This document shows positions 9,811 through 20,005 of a stretch of 40,953 nucleotides of DNA, piece by piece. This DNA comes from Bacteroidota bacterium (GTDB taxonomy: Bacteria; Bacteroidota; Ignavibacteria; UBA10030; UBA8401). The stretch is taken from the NCBI GenBank assembly GCA_031420755.1, contig JANONI010000367.1:1-40953 (forward strand), read 5' to 3'. Within the stretch, counting starts at the first letter, position 1; each line of letters starts with the position of its first letter. The notes beneath the pieces are model-generated. The model searched no databases and was not told the DNA's origin. It worked only from the letters and a program-made list of their open reading frames with translations. The translations under genes and the position numbers were made by a program.

Positions 9811-10653
9811 TTGGCTAAAAGTATGGTTCGTCCGGCGGGTCAGGATAAAAAACTGCAGGAACGACTTCACAAGAGCGGTCACATTCCGGAACATATTGCT
9901 GTAATTATGGATGGCAATGGACGGTGGGCAAAAAAACGTATGTTGCCGCGTGTAGCCGGTCATCATGAAGGGGTGAACTCCGTTCGTGATATCGTTGAGG
10001 CGTGCGGTGAGATTGGTGTTAAATATCTTACACTGTACACCTTTTCTACCGAAAATTGGAATCGTCCACAGGAAGAAGTTTCAATCTTAATGCGTTTGCT
10101 TGTTAGTTCGCTGCGCGATGAGCGCGACAAACTGCACAATAATAATGTGCGCGTTAAAACCATTGGTAATTTTTCTTCATTGCCGCAAGATGCACAAGAT
10201 GAATTTATTGATGCAATTGATCTGACAAAAAATAATACTGGGCTGACTCTTGTTCTTGCACTCAGTTACAGCGGGCGATGGGATATTACCAGCGGAATGA
10301 AACGTATTGCGGAACAAGTAAAAAGCGGAACGCTCGATCCTGAAACGATCACCGAAGAAATTATATCCCAGAATTTGGCGACCAAGAACATTCCCGATCC
10401 CGATCTATTAATCAGAACAAGCGGTGAACTCCGCATCAGTAATTTTTTGCTGTGGCAGATAGCGTATTCCGAAATGTATGTTACAGATGTGTTATGGCCA
10501 GATTTTCGGCGTACTGAATTGTATCACGCGATCGAATCATTTCAATCTCGCGAACGCAGGTTTGGTAAAGTAAGCGAACAATTAACTACCTCTTCAAATC
10601 CATCTTCTAAAAACTACGTGCGGCGTTTGTTAAAAAGTGTCTCCGGAATCTAA
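9811..10653 (+). CDS. uppS: Undecaprenyl diphosphate synthase (start 9811 TTG or 9823 ATG)
   Basis: HIAVIMDGNGRWA, YTFSTENWNRP, PDPDLLIRTSGELRISNFLLWQ, RERRFG; GGAG 7 nt upstream of 9811. Confidence 0.96.
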   Translation: MAKSMVRPAGQDKKLQERLHKSGHIPEHIAVIMDGNGRWAKKRMLPRVAGHHEGVNSVRDIVEACGEIGVKYLTLYTFSTENWNRPQEEVSILMRLLVSSLRDERDKLHNNNVRVKTIGNFSSLPQDAQDEFIDAIDLTKNNTGLTLVLALSYSGRWDITSGMKRIAEQVKSGTLDPETITEEIISQNLATKNIPDPDLLIRTSGELRISNFLLWQIAYSEMYVTDVLWPDFRRTELYHAIESFQSRERRFGKVSEQLTTSSNPSSKNYVRRLLKSVSGI

Positions 10654-10663
10654 TCGAATTATA

Positions 10664-13036
10664 ATGACCATAAAAAAAATATGTATTGCGATTCTTTGCG
10701 TTAGTAGTGTCGTGTTGGCGCAGAAAAATTTTCAACCTAAACAATATAAAATTCTCGGTATCAGTGTCGCAGGCAATAAACTCTCCGAGCCTGCCGCAAT
10801 CATCGGAAATTCCGGATTGAAGATTGGAGACGAGATTAGTGTGCCGGGCGAGCAAACCCGAAACGCAATTTTACGATTGTGGAACCTGCGTATTTTTTCA
10901 AATGTGGATATTAGTGCAGAAAATTTGGTCGGAGACGGTGTGTATCTGTTGATTACCGTGCAAGAATTTCCGCGCATTGAGAAGATAGAATATGCCGGCA
11001 ATGATGAACTAGATAATGATGATCTTGATAAAAAAGTGAATATCACAAAAGGTCAGATCATTTCGCCGCAAGAGATCAATAAGCTCATCAAGATCATCAA
11101 AAAAGCATACGAAGAAGAAGGGTACCTTCAAACGGGCGTTACATCGGAGTTGATTGAATCTACGGATTCGACTGCAAAGGGAAGGATGATTTTGAAACTA
11201 ACCATCTCCGAAGGAAGTGATGCTCGAATTCGCAAGGTTCAGTTTTTTGGTAATAAATTTTTTGAAACCAGCGATCTTGAAAGTGAACTTCCCGATGTTC
11301 ATACCACCACGTGGTGGAAATTTTGGCGCACAGGAAAATTGGAAAAGAAAAAATACGAAGATGCGAAAAAAAAGTTAGTGGAATTCTATAAGAAGAACGG
11401 ATTCCGCGATGCTGAATTGATTGCTGATTCTGTCGTGTTTAGTGAAAACAAGCAGGACATTATTCTAAAGCTGTTCGTTTTTGAAGGACCGCAGTATAAG
11501 ATTGGAAATATCACATGGGAAGGAAATACTGTATTCAAAACCGAAACGTTAGTAGAGCGTCTTGGTTTTAAAGCCGGTGAAGTGTACGACATGGAGAAGT
11601 TTGAACAAAATTTACGGGCAAATCAGGACCAGACCGATGTTGCTTCAATGTATCTTGATAATGGATACTTAACCGTTCAGATTGAACCGGAAGAACAAAA
11701 GATTGGCGAAGATGTCATCGATATTATTATTCGTCTCCGCGAGCGAAATCAATTTAAAATCGCCGCTGTTGACATCCGTGGAAATACAAAAACTGAAGAA
11801 CGTGTTATTCGCCGTGAGTTGTTTGTCCGTCCGGGAGATTATTTCAGCCGTTCAAATATTATCCGAAGCATTCGTCAGTTGTCGGTATTGAATTATTTCA
11901 ATCCAGAAAAAATTAAACCGGACACAAAATTTATCGATGATAAACATGTGGATATCGTTTTGGATGTTGAAGAAAAATCGAGCGACACATTCAACGCATC
12001 GGTTGGATATAGCGGCGCATTCGGTGCGACCGGCGCGCTTGGGTTGACGTTCAATAATTTCAACATCACAGAACCTTTTTCCGGCGGCGGCGGACAGGTA
12101 TTGAATTTTGATTGGCAATTTGGTGAAGGATCGCGCTACAGAACATTTTCAGTCTCATTCCGCGAACCGTGGGTGTACGACACGCCGACATCGTTCGGAT
12201 TTAGTCTGTACGATACGAAACAAGATTACTATTATTCCATTCACCAACAAGGCGGAACGATCAGTCTCGGACGTCGTTTCAAATTTCCTGATGATTATTT
12301 CAGTGCAACGTGGACATTCCGTTTTCAGAAACTTGATGTTAGCAACGTAGGCTCATCATATTATTATCAGGAAGGTAAGACCAGTCAGTTGAGTATCTCG
12401 CAAATGATTTCGCGTAACAGTGTAAACAGTCCTTTGTTCCCGACACAAGGGAGCAATATTTCTCTTTTAACTGAATTTGCAGGTGCTCCGATTCTTCCCG
12501 GCACTGCTCAATACAACAAACATATATTTTCTGCAGATTGGTATATGCCGGTGCTGAATAGTTCGCGTGTTGCATTGTATTTCGGCACTCAATATGGAGC
12601 AATCTTTCCATACAAAAAAAGTTCATATATTCCTTACATCGAAACTTTTTACATGGGTGGAACGGGACTTGGACAAATTGCAACAACGCCGCTTCGAGGT
12701 TATGAAGATAGAAGTATTGGTCCTGTAAATGTAAGCGGACAATACATTCCTGCGCATGCAATGGCAAAATATACTGCGGAGTTAAGATTTAATGTTGCAC
12801 TTAATCCAATTCCGATTTACTTTCTTGGGTTCGCTGAAGCCGGAAATACTTGGGAGAATCTTGCAAAATCAGAGATATTCGATCTCAAGCGTTCGGCAGG
12901 ATTAGGGGCACGGTTACTCATTAATCCTATCGGTCTTCTTGGGTTTGATTATGGTTACGGCTATGATAATATTACAGCCGGAATTAAAAGTCCGATGGGA
13001 TGGAAATTCCACTTCCAATTTGGAAGAGGATTTTAA
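10664..13036 (+). CDS. bamA: Outer membrane protein assembly factor BamA
   Basis: Signal peptide, POTRA repeats (GNTKT..VIRREL), LRGY loop motif, terminal Phe; follows uppS. Confidence 0.95.
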   Translation: MTIKKICIAILCVSSVVLAQKNFQPKQYKILGISVAGNKLSEPAAIIGNSGLKIGDEISVPGEQTRNAILRLWNLRIFSNVDISAENLVGDGVYLLITVQEFPRIEKIEYAGNDELDNDDLDKKVNITKGQIISPQEINKLIKIIKKAYEEEGYLQTGVTSELIESTDSTAKGRMILKLTISEGSDARIRKVQFFGNKFFETSDLESELPDVHTTTWWKFWRTGKLEKKKYEDAKKKLVEFYKKNGFRDAELIADSVVFSENKQDIILKLFVFEGPQYKIGNITWEGNTVFKTETLVERLGFKAGEVYDMEKFEQNLRANQDQTDVASMYLDNGYLTVQIEPEEQKIGEDVIDIIIRLRERNQFKIAAVDIRGNTKTEERVIRRELFVRPGDYFSRSNIIRSIRQLSVLNYFNPEKIKPDTKFIDDKHVDIVLDVEEKSSDTFNASVGYSGAFGATGALGLTFNNFNITEPFSGGGGQVLNFDWQFGEGSRYRTFSVSFREPWVYDTPTSFGFSLYDTKQDYYYSIHQQGGTISLGRRFKFPDDYFSATWTFRFQKLDVSNVGSSYYYQEGKTSQLSISQMISRNSVNSPLFPTQGSNISLLTEFAGAPILPGTAQYNKHIFSADWYMPVLNSSRVALYFGTQYGAIFPYKKSSYIPYIETFYMGGTGLGQIATTPLRGYEDRSIGPVNVSGQYIPAHAMAKYTAELRFNVALNPIPIYFLGFAEAGNTWENLAKSEIFDLKRSAGLGARLLINPIGLLGFDYGYGYDNITAGIKSPMGWKFHFQFGRGF

Positions 13037-13086
13037 TTATAGAAATTTTTTAATCAATTCATTTTAATTAATATATAGAGGTCATC

Positions 13087-13602
13087 GTGAAAAAGTTTTT
13101 AGTAGGAATGTTGTTCTTAACTGCAAGTGTATTTGCTCAACAAGGAACGTTGAAAATTGGATATGTCAATTCTGAAACGATCATAAAAGAATTGCCCGAA
13201 GCGAAAGAATCTCAGTCAAAATTAGAGACAATGTTAAAAGGCTGGCAGGAAGAGATTGAAAAACGCGGACAAGCATTACAATCGAAATATGAAGAATATC
13301 AAAAACAGGCAAACATGTTGAACGAGTCTTCAAAACAAGCAAAACAAAAAGAACTTGTTGAAGAAGAACAAAAGCTCAATCAATATCGCCAAGAAAAGCA
13401 ACAGGAACTTGGTGTTCAACGCGAAAAAATCATGAAGCCAATTCAAGAAAAAGTTTTTAAGGCAATTGAGAAAGTAGCGAAAGAAAAAAAACTTTCATTC
13501 GTGTTTGATAGGGCAACAGAAGTTCCGGTATTGTATGCTGATCCGGCTTACGATTATACTCCGGACGTTCTGATCTATCTTAAACGCGGCGGCGGAAAAT
13601 AA
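13087..13602 (+). CDS. skp: OmpH/Skp periplasmic chaperone (copy 1)
   Basis: Signal peptide, KIGYVN, coiled-coil body, D.T..V end; GAGG SD. Confidence 0.9.
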   Translation: MKKFLVGMLFLTASVFAQQGTLKIGYVNSETIIKELPEAKESQSKLETMLKGWQEEIEKRGQALQSKYEEYQKQANMLNESSKQAKQKELVEEEQKLNQYRQEKQQELGVQREKIMKPIQEKVFKAIEKVAKEKKLSFVFDRATEVPVLYADPAYDYTPDVLIYLKRGGGK

Positions 13603-13642
13603 TCTGTAGTTCATTCTGAACATGATTTTAAGGAGGATTTCC

Positions 13643-14155
13643 ATGAAAAAAATATTGTTGTTCGTTTTGCTACTCGGTGCAATTTCGCTGCTCTCCGCTC
13701 AAACAAAGATTGCTTATATCAATACAGCAACCGTAATGGAGCAGCTTTCGGAAGCACAGGATGCGCAAAAGCAGATTGACGCTCTTTCTCAGCAATGGCA
13801 GTCCGATCTGAATCAAATGGCAAACGACATGCAGAAAAAGGTGGAAGACTATGACAAACGGAAACTGATCATGTCGGACAAGCGCAGAGCGGAAGCGGAA
13901 AAAGAACTGCAGGATCTTGATAAGAAGATTGTCGATTTCCGCAATCAAAAATTCGGCACCAGCGGCGAGTTGTTTACGAAGCAGAATGAATTGATGAAAC
14001 CGATTCAGGAAAAGATATTTAAAGCAGTAAAGGATGTTGCCGATGAAGAAGGGTATGATTATGTGGTTGACAGAAGCAGTTCAACATTGTTGCTGTTCGC
14101 AAACAGTAAACATGATCTTACTCAAAAAATAATTCAAAAACTTCTGCAGAAATAA
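13643..14155 (+). CDS. skp: OmpH/Skp periplasmic chaperone (copy 2)
   Basis: AGGAGG SD before ATG 13643; KIAYIN, GYDYVVD, DLTQKII. Confidence 0.9.
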   Translation: MKKILLFVLLLGAISLLSAQTKIAYINTATVMEQLSEAQDAQKQIDALSQQWQSDLNQMANDMQKKVEDYDKRKLIMSDKRRAEAEKELQDLDKKIVDFRNQKFGTSGELFTKQNELMKPIQEKIFKAVKDVADEEGYDYVVDRSSSTLLLFANSKHDLTQKIIQKLLQK

Positions 14156-14157
14156 AT

Positions 14158-14194
14158 AAACGAGTCCCGATGTTTCGGGACTCGTTTTGTTTGT
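14158..14194 (+). terminator. Intrinsic terminator-like hairpin after skp
   Basis: AAACGAGTCCCGA-TGTT-TCGGGACTCGTTT followed by a T-rich tract. Confidence 0.7.
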
Positions 14195-14201
14195 AAATGT
14201 A

Positions 14202-14227
14202 GCAGGTCGGCATTAATGCCGACCCGC
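14202..14227. repeat. REP-like palindrome of the GGTCGGCATT/AATGCCGACC family (minimal form)
   Basis: GCAGGTCGGCATTAATGCCGACCCGC; relatives at 17620-17689, 21638-21651 (half) and 22617-22820. Confidence 0.7.
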
Positions 14228-14236
14228 CAATATTGA

Positions 14237-15310
14237 ATGATAACTGTAAATGACATCGCAAAAATATTGGATGGCGAAGTTGTAGGAGATGGAACGCAGA
14301 TAATTTCCGGTGTTGCTAAGGTTGAAGAAGCAAAAGCAGGGATGTTAGCGTTCATTGCCAATCCCAAATATGAAAAATATGCTGAGATCACGGCGGCGTC
14401 GTGCGTTCTTGTCAGCCGAACATTTGATCATACAAAATTCTCAAACCTTCCGCCCGCACTAATAAAACTTGATGATCCGTATTCTTCCTTCGTTATTGCT
14501 ATTGAAAAATTTGCGCCGAAAAAAAATGATATTCCTAAAGGTATAAATTCTACCGCTGCAATTCACTATTCTGCAACGATCGGAAAAAATTGTTCGATTG
14601 GAGCTTATGTCGTTGTGGGATCAAATGTTGTTATTGGAAACAATGTTACAATTCATCCGCACGTGGTCATCGGTCGCGATGTAAAGATCGGGAACGATTG
14701 TTTATTCTATCCGCACGTGACAATCAGAGAAGAATGTATTATTGGGAATAGAGTTATTGTACAGCCGGGAGCAGTGATTGGCGGAGATGGATTTGGTTTT
14801 GCTCCAAAAAAAGATGGGTCGTATCAAAAAATTCCTCAATTGGGAATTGTTGTGTTGGAAGACGATGTAGAAATTCAAGCGAATACTTGTATTGACCGTG
14901 CGACACTTGGTGAAACCAGAATCAAACGGGGAACCAAATTGGATAATCTTGTTCAGATAGCTCATAATGTTGTTGTTGGTGAAGATACGGTTATTGCGGG
15001 TTCATCCGGCATTGCAGGGAGTACAACGATTGGAAATAGGAATATGATTGGCGGCGCGGTGGCGGTGACAGGCCATGTCTCTACTGCGGATGATGTTAAA
15101 ATTGCTGGTGGTTCAAATGTTTCGCGTGCGCTTAGTGAAGCAGGTGGAACGTATTCCGGTTATCCTGCTAAAGAGCTGAACAAGTGGAAAAAAATTGAAG
15201 CGGCATCGCGATCACTCCCTGAATTGTTGACCGAAATGAGAGAAATGAAGAAAAAAATTAGCGACATTGAAAATGAATTAACTATGATGAAGTCAAAAGT
15301 TAAAAATTAA
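14237..15310 (+). CDS. lpxD: UDP-3-O-(3-hydroxyacyl)glucosamine N-acyltransferase
   Basis: Hexapeptide repeats, [25 protein letters not shown]. Confidence 0.96.
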   Translation: MITVNDIAKILDGEVVGDGTQIISGVAKVEEAKAGMLAFIANPKYEKYAEITAASCVLVSRTFDHTKFSNLPPALIKLDDPYSSFVIAIEKFAPKKNDIPKGINSTAAIHYSATIGKNCSIGAYVVVGSNVVIGNNVTIHPHVVIGRDVKIGNDCLFYPHVTIREECIIGNRVIVQPGAVIGGDGFGFAPKKDGSYQKIPQLGIVVLEDDVEIQANTCIDRATLGETRIKRGTKLDNLVQIAHNVVVGEDTVIAGSSGIAGSTTIGNRNMIGGAVAVTGHVSTADDVKIAGGSNVSRALSEAGGTYSGYPAKELNKWKKIEAASRSLPELLTEMREMKKKISDIENELTMMKSKVKN

Positions 15311-15358
15311 AAGTTAAAAGTCAAAAAATGTTTTGTTTTACTTTTTACTTTTGACTTC
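15289..15358. repeat. Heptamer (AAAAGTY) tandem repeats with inverted copies
   Basis: aaaagtt-aaaaatt-aaaagtt-aaaagtc followed by acttttt-acttttg; similar tract at 35399-35478. Confidence 0.6.
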
Positions 15359-15372
15359 TTAGTGGAGGTTTA

Positions 15373-16779
15373 ATGCTCGTTCAACAACGCACTATCAAGA
15401 AACCAGTGTCAATGTCCGGAATCGGTTTGCATACCGGAACACAATGCACGATGACGTTTCGACCGGCTCCGGAAAATTACGGTATTCGTTTTCGTCGCGT
15501 TGATATTGGCGGTTCACCGGAAATTCCTGCAGATGTGGATCACGTTGTTGAAGTTGCCCGTGGAACAACACTCGGAATCGGTGATGTTCGTGTTCATACC
15601 ACCGAACATGTTCTTGCCGCAATTGTTGGTCTTCTCATTGATAACATTATTATTGACGTTGACGGAATCGAACCCCCAATCGGTGATGGTAGTGCTAAAC
15701 CGTATGTCGATGTGTTGCAGGAAGCTGGTTTTGAAATGCAAGATGCGCCGAAAGATTATCTTGTAATCGATCAGGCAATTGAATATAAAGATGAAAAACG
15801 CGGAGTGCATATTCTTGCTTTACCGACTGATGATTTTCGGATTACTGTCATGGTAGATTACAATAACCCCGCACTTGGAAGTCAGCATACCGGAATATTT
15901 GATCTTGAAAAAGAATTTGTTCCCGAATTTTCAATGTGTAGAACATTTTGTTTCCTTCATGAAGTTGAACAGTTGCGTGAAGCAGGATTGATTAAAGGCG
16001 GTTCTCTGGATAATGCAATTGTTATTGCCGACACAGATCTTCCTGATGATGAATTGCGCAGGATTGCCGACAAACTTGGGATTAAAGAATCAATATTTCT
16101 TGGTGGACACGGGCAGCCAATTAATAATAAAATGCTTCGTTTTAAAAATGAACCGGCACGCCATAAACTTCTTGATATGCTCGGAGATCTTGCATTGATC
16201 GGTGTTCCTATTAAAGGACACATTCTTGCAGCTCGTCCCGGACACGCGGCGAATATAGAGTTTGCAAAAATTGTCCGTAAGTTGTATCAACAAAAAAAGA
16301 TCGTCAAAAAATATCAGCACGAGAAAAAACAAGGAGTGGTGTTTGATGTAAATGCACTCCAACGAATTCTTCCGCATCGGTATCCGTTTCTGTTGGTTGA
16401 TAAAATTATTGAGTTCCAATTGAATGAACGATGTGTTGGTGTGAAAAACGTTTCGATGAACGAACAATTCTTTCAAGGACATTTTCCCGGTGCGCCGGTA
16501 ATGCCCGGAGTATTGATTATTGAAGGAATGGCGCAGACCGGCGGAATTCTTCTATTGGATGGTTCTGACCATAGCGATAAGTTGGTTTTATTTATGGGAA
16601 TCAATAACGCCAAATTTAGGCGGCAGGTTGTTCCGGGCGATCAATTGGTGTACGAATTAACAATGGTGAATCGCCGAAGCAAAGTCTGCACAATGCGCGG
16701 TGAAGCGTATGTTGATGGTCAACTTGTGTGCGAAGCAGAAATGATGGCGACTATTGTTGATAAGCCAAAAAATTCATAA
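15373..16779 (+). CDS. lpxC/fabZ: Bifunctional LpxC deacetylase / FabZ dehydratase
   Basis: GIGLHTG, TEHVLAA, RHKLLD.LGDL (LpxC); LPHRYPFLLVD, GHFPGAPVMPGVLIIE (FabZ). Confidence 0.97.
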   Translation: MLVQQRTIKKPVSMSGIGLHTGTQCTMTFRPAPENYGIRFRRVDIGGSPEIPADVDHVVEVARGTTLGIGDVRVHTTEHVLAAIVGLLIDNIIIDVDGIEPPIGDGSAKPYVDVLQEAGFEMQDAPKDYLVIDQAIEYKDEKRGVHILALPTDDFRITVMVDYNNPALGSQHTGIFDLEKEFVPEFSMCRTFCFLHEVEQLREAGLIKGGSLDNAIVIADTDLPDDELRRIADKLGIKESIFLGGHGQPINNKMLRFKNEPARHKLLDMLGDLALIGVPIKGHILAARPGHAANIEFAKIVRKLYQQKKIVKKYQHEKKQGVVFDVNALQRILPHRYPFLLVDKIIEFQLNERCVGVKNVSMNEQFFQGHFPGAPVMPGVLIIEGMAQTGGILLLDGSDHSDKLVLFMGINNAKFRRQVVPGDQLVYELTMVNRRSKVCTMRGEAYVDGQLVCEAEMMATIVDKPKNS

Positions 16780-16810
16780 TCAAAAAAAAATATTATTCTA
16801 TTAAAATATT

Positions 16811-17611
16811 ATGCCAACGCAAATTCACTCTACTGCAATCGTAAGTTCTAAAGCACAATTGGCGGACGGTGTAATTGTTGAACCGTATGCAATTATTGAA
16901 GATGATGTCACTATTGGAGAAGGAACATTCATCGGACCTCATACATTGATTGCCAATGGTGCGCGCATCGGTAAGAATTGTAAAATTCATAATGGTGCAG
17001 TTGTATCGACAGCACCGCAGGATCTTTCCTACAACAATGAACCGACAACGTTTGAACTTGGTGATAATTCAACCATCAGAGAATTTTGCACACTTAATCG
17101 CGGAACGGTGAAGCAGCACAAAAAATCTGTTGTCGGTAGTAATTGTTTGTTAATGGCATACACACACGTTGCTCACGATTGCGTTATCGGTAATAATGTG
17201 ATTATTGCCAATTCAGTGCAAATGGCTGGGCATGTTACCATTCATGATTTTGCGATCATTGGCGGACTTACTGCAATCCATCAATTTGTGAACATTGGTG
17301 CCTACACAATGGTTGGCGGACATTTTCGAATTCCAAAAGATATTCCGCCATATATCATGGCAGGCGGCTGGCCTGTAAGTTTTGAACGATTGAACATTAT
17401 CGGGCTTAAACGCCGCGGGTTCACTCAAGAAGCAATTGACTCATTGAATGATGCGTACCGAATCCTGTATCTTTCTAAATTAAATGTTAGTCAGGGTGTT
17501 GAAAAAATAAAATCAACAATGAACATTACTCCTGAAGTTCAACATGTAATCGATTTTATTTCAAACACCAAACGCGGCATTATTACTGCGCGTCGTTCAT
17601 TCAACGAATAG
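16811..17611 (+). CDS. lpxA: UDP-N-acetylglucosamine acyltransferase
   Basis: PQDL, IREFCTLNRGT, HVAHDC, AGHV, HQF, LNIIGLKRRGF. Confidence 0.97.
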   Translation: MPTQIHSTAIVSSKAQLADGVIVEPYAIIEDDVTIGEGTFIGPHTLIANGARIGKNCKIHNGAVVSTAPQDLSYNNEPTTFELGDNSTIREFCTLNRGTVKQHKKSVVGSNCLLMAYTHVAHDCVIGNNVIIANSVQMAGHVTIHDFAIIGGLTAIHQFVNIGAYTMVGGHFRIPKDIPPYIMAGGWPVSFERLNIIGLKRRGFTQEAIDSLNDAYRILYLSKLNVSQGVEKIKSTMNITPEVQHVIDFISNTKRGIITARRSFNE

Positions 17612-17619
17612 AAATTTTC

Positions 17620-17689
17620 GGTAGGTTGGCATTTGGCAATCCGAAGAATCACTTCGTGAAGCCATCCCTTTGGGAAATGCCGACCTACC
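17620..17689. repeat. GTAG-flanked REP-like palindrome with internal TCCGAAG...CCCTTTGGGA insert (MITE-free allele of 22617-22820)
   Basis: GGTAGGTTGGCATTT ... AAATGCCGACCTACC arms; internal sequence nearly identical to 22635-22661 joined to 22801-22810. Confidence 0.8.
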
Positions 17690-17701
17690 AACGATTATAA
17701 A

Positions 17702-18469
17702 ATGAAAAATATTTTTTGGCAGTTCATCAACTCCGGTCTTAATTCCGGTGCATTCAACATGCAGTTCGATATCGGACTTGCTGAGAAATTACAACGTCGA
17801 GAAATTTTGCCGACACTGCGAATGTACGGATGGAAACCATGGGCAATTTCTCTTGGTTACAACCAATCCGAACACGATATCAATGAAAATAAATGTTCAG
17901 AATTCGGATTCGATATCGTTCGTCGCCCCACTGGTGGCAGGGCGATTCTTCATGCAAATGAAATTACATATTCTGTGGTGATGTTTGCCGATGGAAAAAG
18001 TGTAACAGAAGTATATTCCAAGATCAGCAGATCACTTGTAAAAGCTTTGCAAAAAATTTGTCCTGAAGTTTCGTATGAGACTTCTCAGCCAAATTTTCAA
18101 TCGCTATATAAAAGACAAGAATCTATTCCTTGCTTTTCAGCATCAGCGCGATATGAAATTCAAATAAATGGTAGAAAATTGGTCGGCAGCGCTCAGCGTC
18201 GATATTCGACGGACAATCTTCCTGATGTTGTGCTTCAACATGGTTCAATTCTTCTTGGAACAGAACACAAGCTGCTTGCAGAGGTACTGAATCTTGAAAA
18301 CAAAAACGTCAAAGATAAAATTTTAGAAGATATTGAACAAAAAACAATCGATCTTTCTACAGCGTTAGGAAGAACCGTTACCTTTAATGAAACAGCGGAA
18401 GTTATTCGATCAGGATTTGAAGAAACGATGAATATTCGTTTCCAAAATAATATTGAGGCAGTATTATGA
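17702..18469 (+). CDS. Lipoate-protein ligase / octanoyltransferase (LplA/LipM family)
   Basis: NMQFD, LRMYGW, ISLGYNQ, VRRPTGGRAILH, KLVGSAQRR, QHGS. Confidence 0.9.
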   Translation: MKNIFWQFINSGLNSGAFNMQFDIGLAEKLQRREILPTLRMYGWKPWAISLGYNQSEHDINENKCSEFGFDIVRRPTGGRAILHANEITYSVVMFADGKSVTEVYSKISRSLVKALQKICPEVSYETSQPNFQSLYKRQESIPCFSASARYEIQINGRKLVGSAQRRYSTDNLPDVVLQHGSILLGTEHKLLAEVLNLENKNVKDKILEDIEQKTIDLSTALGRTVTFNETAEVIRSGFEETMNIRFQNNIEAVL

Positions 18470-19284
18470 GTACGCAAACATCGGACTATAAAAGAATTAC
18501 CACAAAGACTGTTCTTGCCATGAAACAAAAAGGCGAGAAACTTGCGATGCTGACAGCATATGATTTTACAACTGCCCGGCTTCTTGATGAAGCAGGAATT
18601 GATATTATTCTTGTCGGTGATTCGGTCGCAAATGTTTTTCAAGGACTTGAAACGACAATCCCTGTTACGTTGGATGAGATGATCTATCACACGAAAGTTG
18701 TACGACGCGCCGTTAAACGAGCAATGCTGCTTGCCGATATGCCGTTCATGTCATATCAAGTTGATGTGAAAGAAGCGGTAAAAAGCTGCGGACGAATGTT
18801 GAAAGAATCCGGTGCAGAAGCAGTAAAGATGGAAGGTGGGAAAAGATTGATTCCACTTATCGAACAATTGGTCGATATCGGAATTCCAGTTATGGGACAT
18901 CTCGGGCTTACACCGCAGTCAATTTATAAATTCGGCACGTATGAAGTACGAGCGAAAGAATCTGCAGAAGCAAAACAACTTGCGAACGATGCAATCGCGT
19001 TAGACAAGGCTGGCGTTTTTGGAATTGTTCTCGAAAAAATTCCGGATTCACTTGCAGCGAAGGTAACAAAATCTGTTGCGTGTTCAACAATTGGCATTGG
19101 AGCCGGCGCGGCATGCGATGGACAAGTTCTCGTTACAAATGACATGCTTGGAATGAATGAACAATTTCGCCCGCGCTTTGTTCGCCAATATTCAAACCTT
19201 TCCGAAACAATGAGGACAGCATTTCAATCGTACATTGCAGATGTAAAGGCATCGAAATTTCCTTCCAAGAAAGAAAGTTATTAA
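18466..19284 (+). CDS. panB: 3-methyl-2-oxobutanoate hydroxymethyltransferase
   Basis: MLTAYD, ILVGDS, ADMPFMSY, VKMEGG, GHLGLTPQS, IGIGAG..CDGQVLV. Confidence 0.97.
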   Translation: MSTQTSDYKRITTKTVLAMKQKGEKLAMLTAYDFTTARLLDEAGIDIILVGDSVANVFQGLETTIPVTLDEMIYHTKVVRRAVKRAMLLADMPFMSYQVDVKEAVKSCGRMLKESGAEAVKMEGGKRLIPLIEQLVDIGIPVMGHLGLTPQSIYKFGTYEVRAKESAEAKQLANDAIALDKAGVFGIVLEKIPDSLAAKVTKSVACSTIGIGAGAACDGQVLVTNDMLGMNEQFRPRFVRQYSNLSETMRTAFQSYIADVKASKFPSKKESY

Positions 19285-19287
19285 TTT

Positions 19288-19594
19288 CGACATCTGGAAA
19301 ACTTCTGAAGCGTAGTACCCGCAACCTTCCCGCTCGAAGAGTCTTTGACATGCCTTCATAATTCTCAGTCGGCGGGCAGGTATTGTTGCGAAGATTGGTT
19401 GGTTATGATTTTTTTAACGCACGCATTCCCGGGATGGAACTTGTGTCAAAAGTCAAATTTTGCGAAACACATCCCCGAAATCTCACCTGTCCGCCTTTGG
19501 CGGAAAGATTTCGGGGATGTTAACGTTGAAAAATAGTTTTGACACAGTCTCGATGGCTTTGCCAAAAGCGTGCGGATATATTTTTCAGATGTCG
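19288..19594. mobile_element. MITE-like element of the GACATCTGAAAAA-end family with nested elements
   Basis: CGACATCTGGAAAA / TTTTTCAGATGTCG ends (13/14), same end family as 326-512; contains MITE 19437-19551. Confidence 0.65.
19437..19551. mobile_element. MITE with (GAGAC)TGTGTCAAAA ends, GATG target duplication
   Basis: GATG at 19433-19436 and 19552-19555; ends GAACTTGTGTCAAAA and TTTTGACACAGTCTC; internal ACATCCCCGAAATCT...AGATTTCGGGGATGT hairpin. Confidence 0.8.
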
Positions 19595-19607
19595 CTAAAA
19601 ATAACTA

Positions 19608-19733
19608 TTGCAATAATTTCTTTTTCTTGATATATTGGAAACGGAAGAAACGATTAAAGTTTCTGAATAAAAAGCCGTGTAAATCCGGCTATTTTTTGGC
19701 TGGAATGGAAACTAAAGAAAATATAAAAGTTTT
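19608..19733 (+). promoter_or_regulatory. Sigma70-type promoter with two candidate TetR operator repeats
   Basis: TTGCAA (19608-13), 17 nt, TGnTATATT (-10 at 19631-36); 27-nt repeats at 19637-19663 and 19707-19733 are 21/27 identical. Confidence 0.55.
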
Positions 19734-19754
19734 CTTGTGTTAAGATGTGGACAA

Positions 19755-19977
19755 AATCTTGCGAAGGTTATATAGTCGAACCTTAAAAAGTAAGAAACCA
19801 TTAATGGTGTCCCTTTGAGACTTGTCAAGGTTTCTTGTGCAAGAATGAAAAGATGGCTGAATTTTAAGAAAACTAAAAACATAACCTTGCCTGCGGCTCG
19901 TAGAGACAAGGTTGTGCAAATGAAGACTTTTTAAGGGATAACTATAATACAACCTTCATAAAAATCTTCGCAAGGTT
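19755..19977. repeat. Cluster of four AACCTTNNNAAGGTT REP-like units, the inner two interrupted by micro-inserts
   Basis: Units at 19755-19769, 19796-19832 (22-nt insert), 19883-19913 (16-nt insert) and 19963-19977. Confidence 0.75.
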
Positions 19978-20005
19978 CAATGAAACAAAAAAATCAGGAG
20001 CATCC

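Noticed and set aside
13087-16779. Tandem skp genes and lpxC-fabZ fusion as novelties
   Set aside because: Both are typical of the Bacteroidota/Chlorobi/Ignavibacteria group.
19345-19952. Short ORFs 19345-19536, 19712-19909 and 19740-19952
   Set aside because: They lie within nested repeats and MITEs and are best explained as chance frames.
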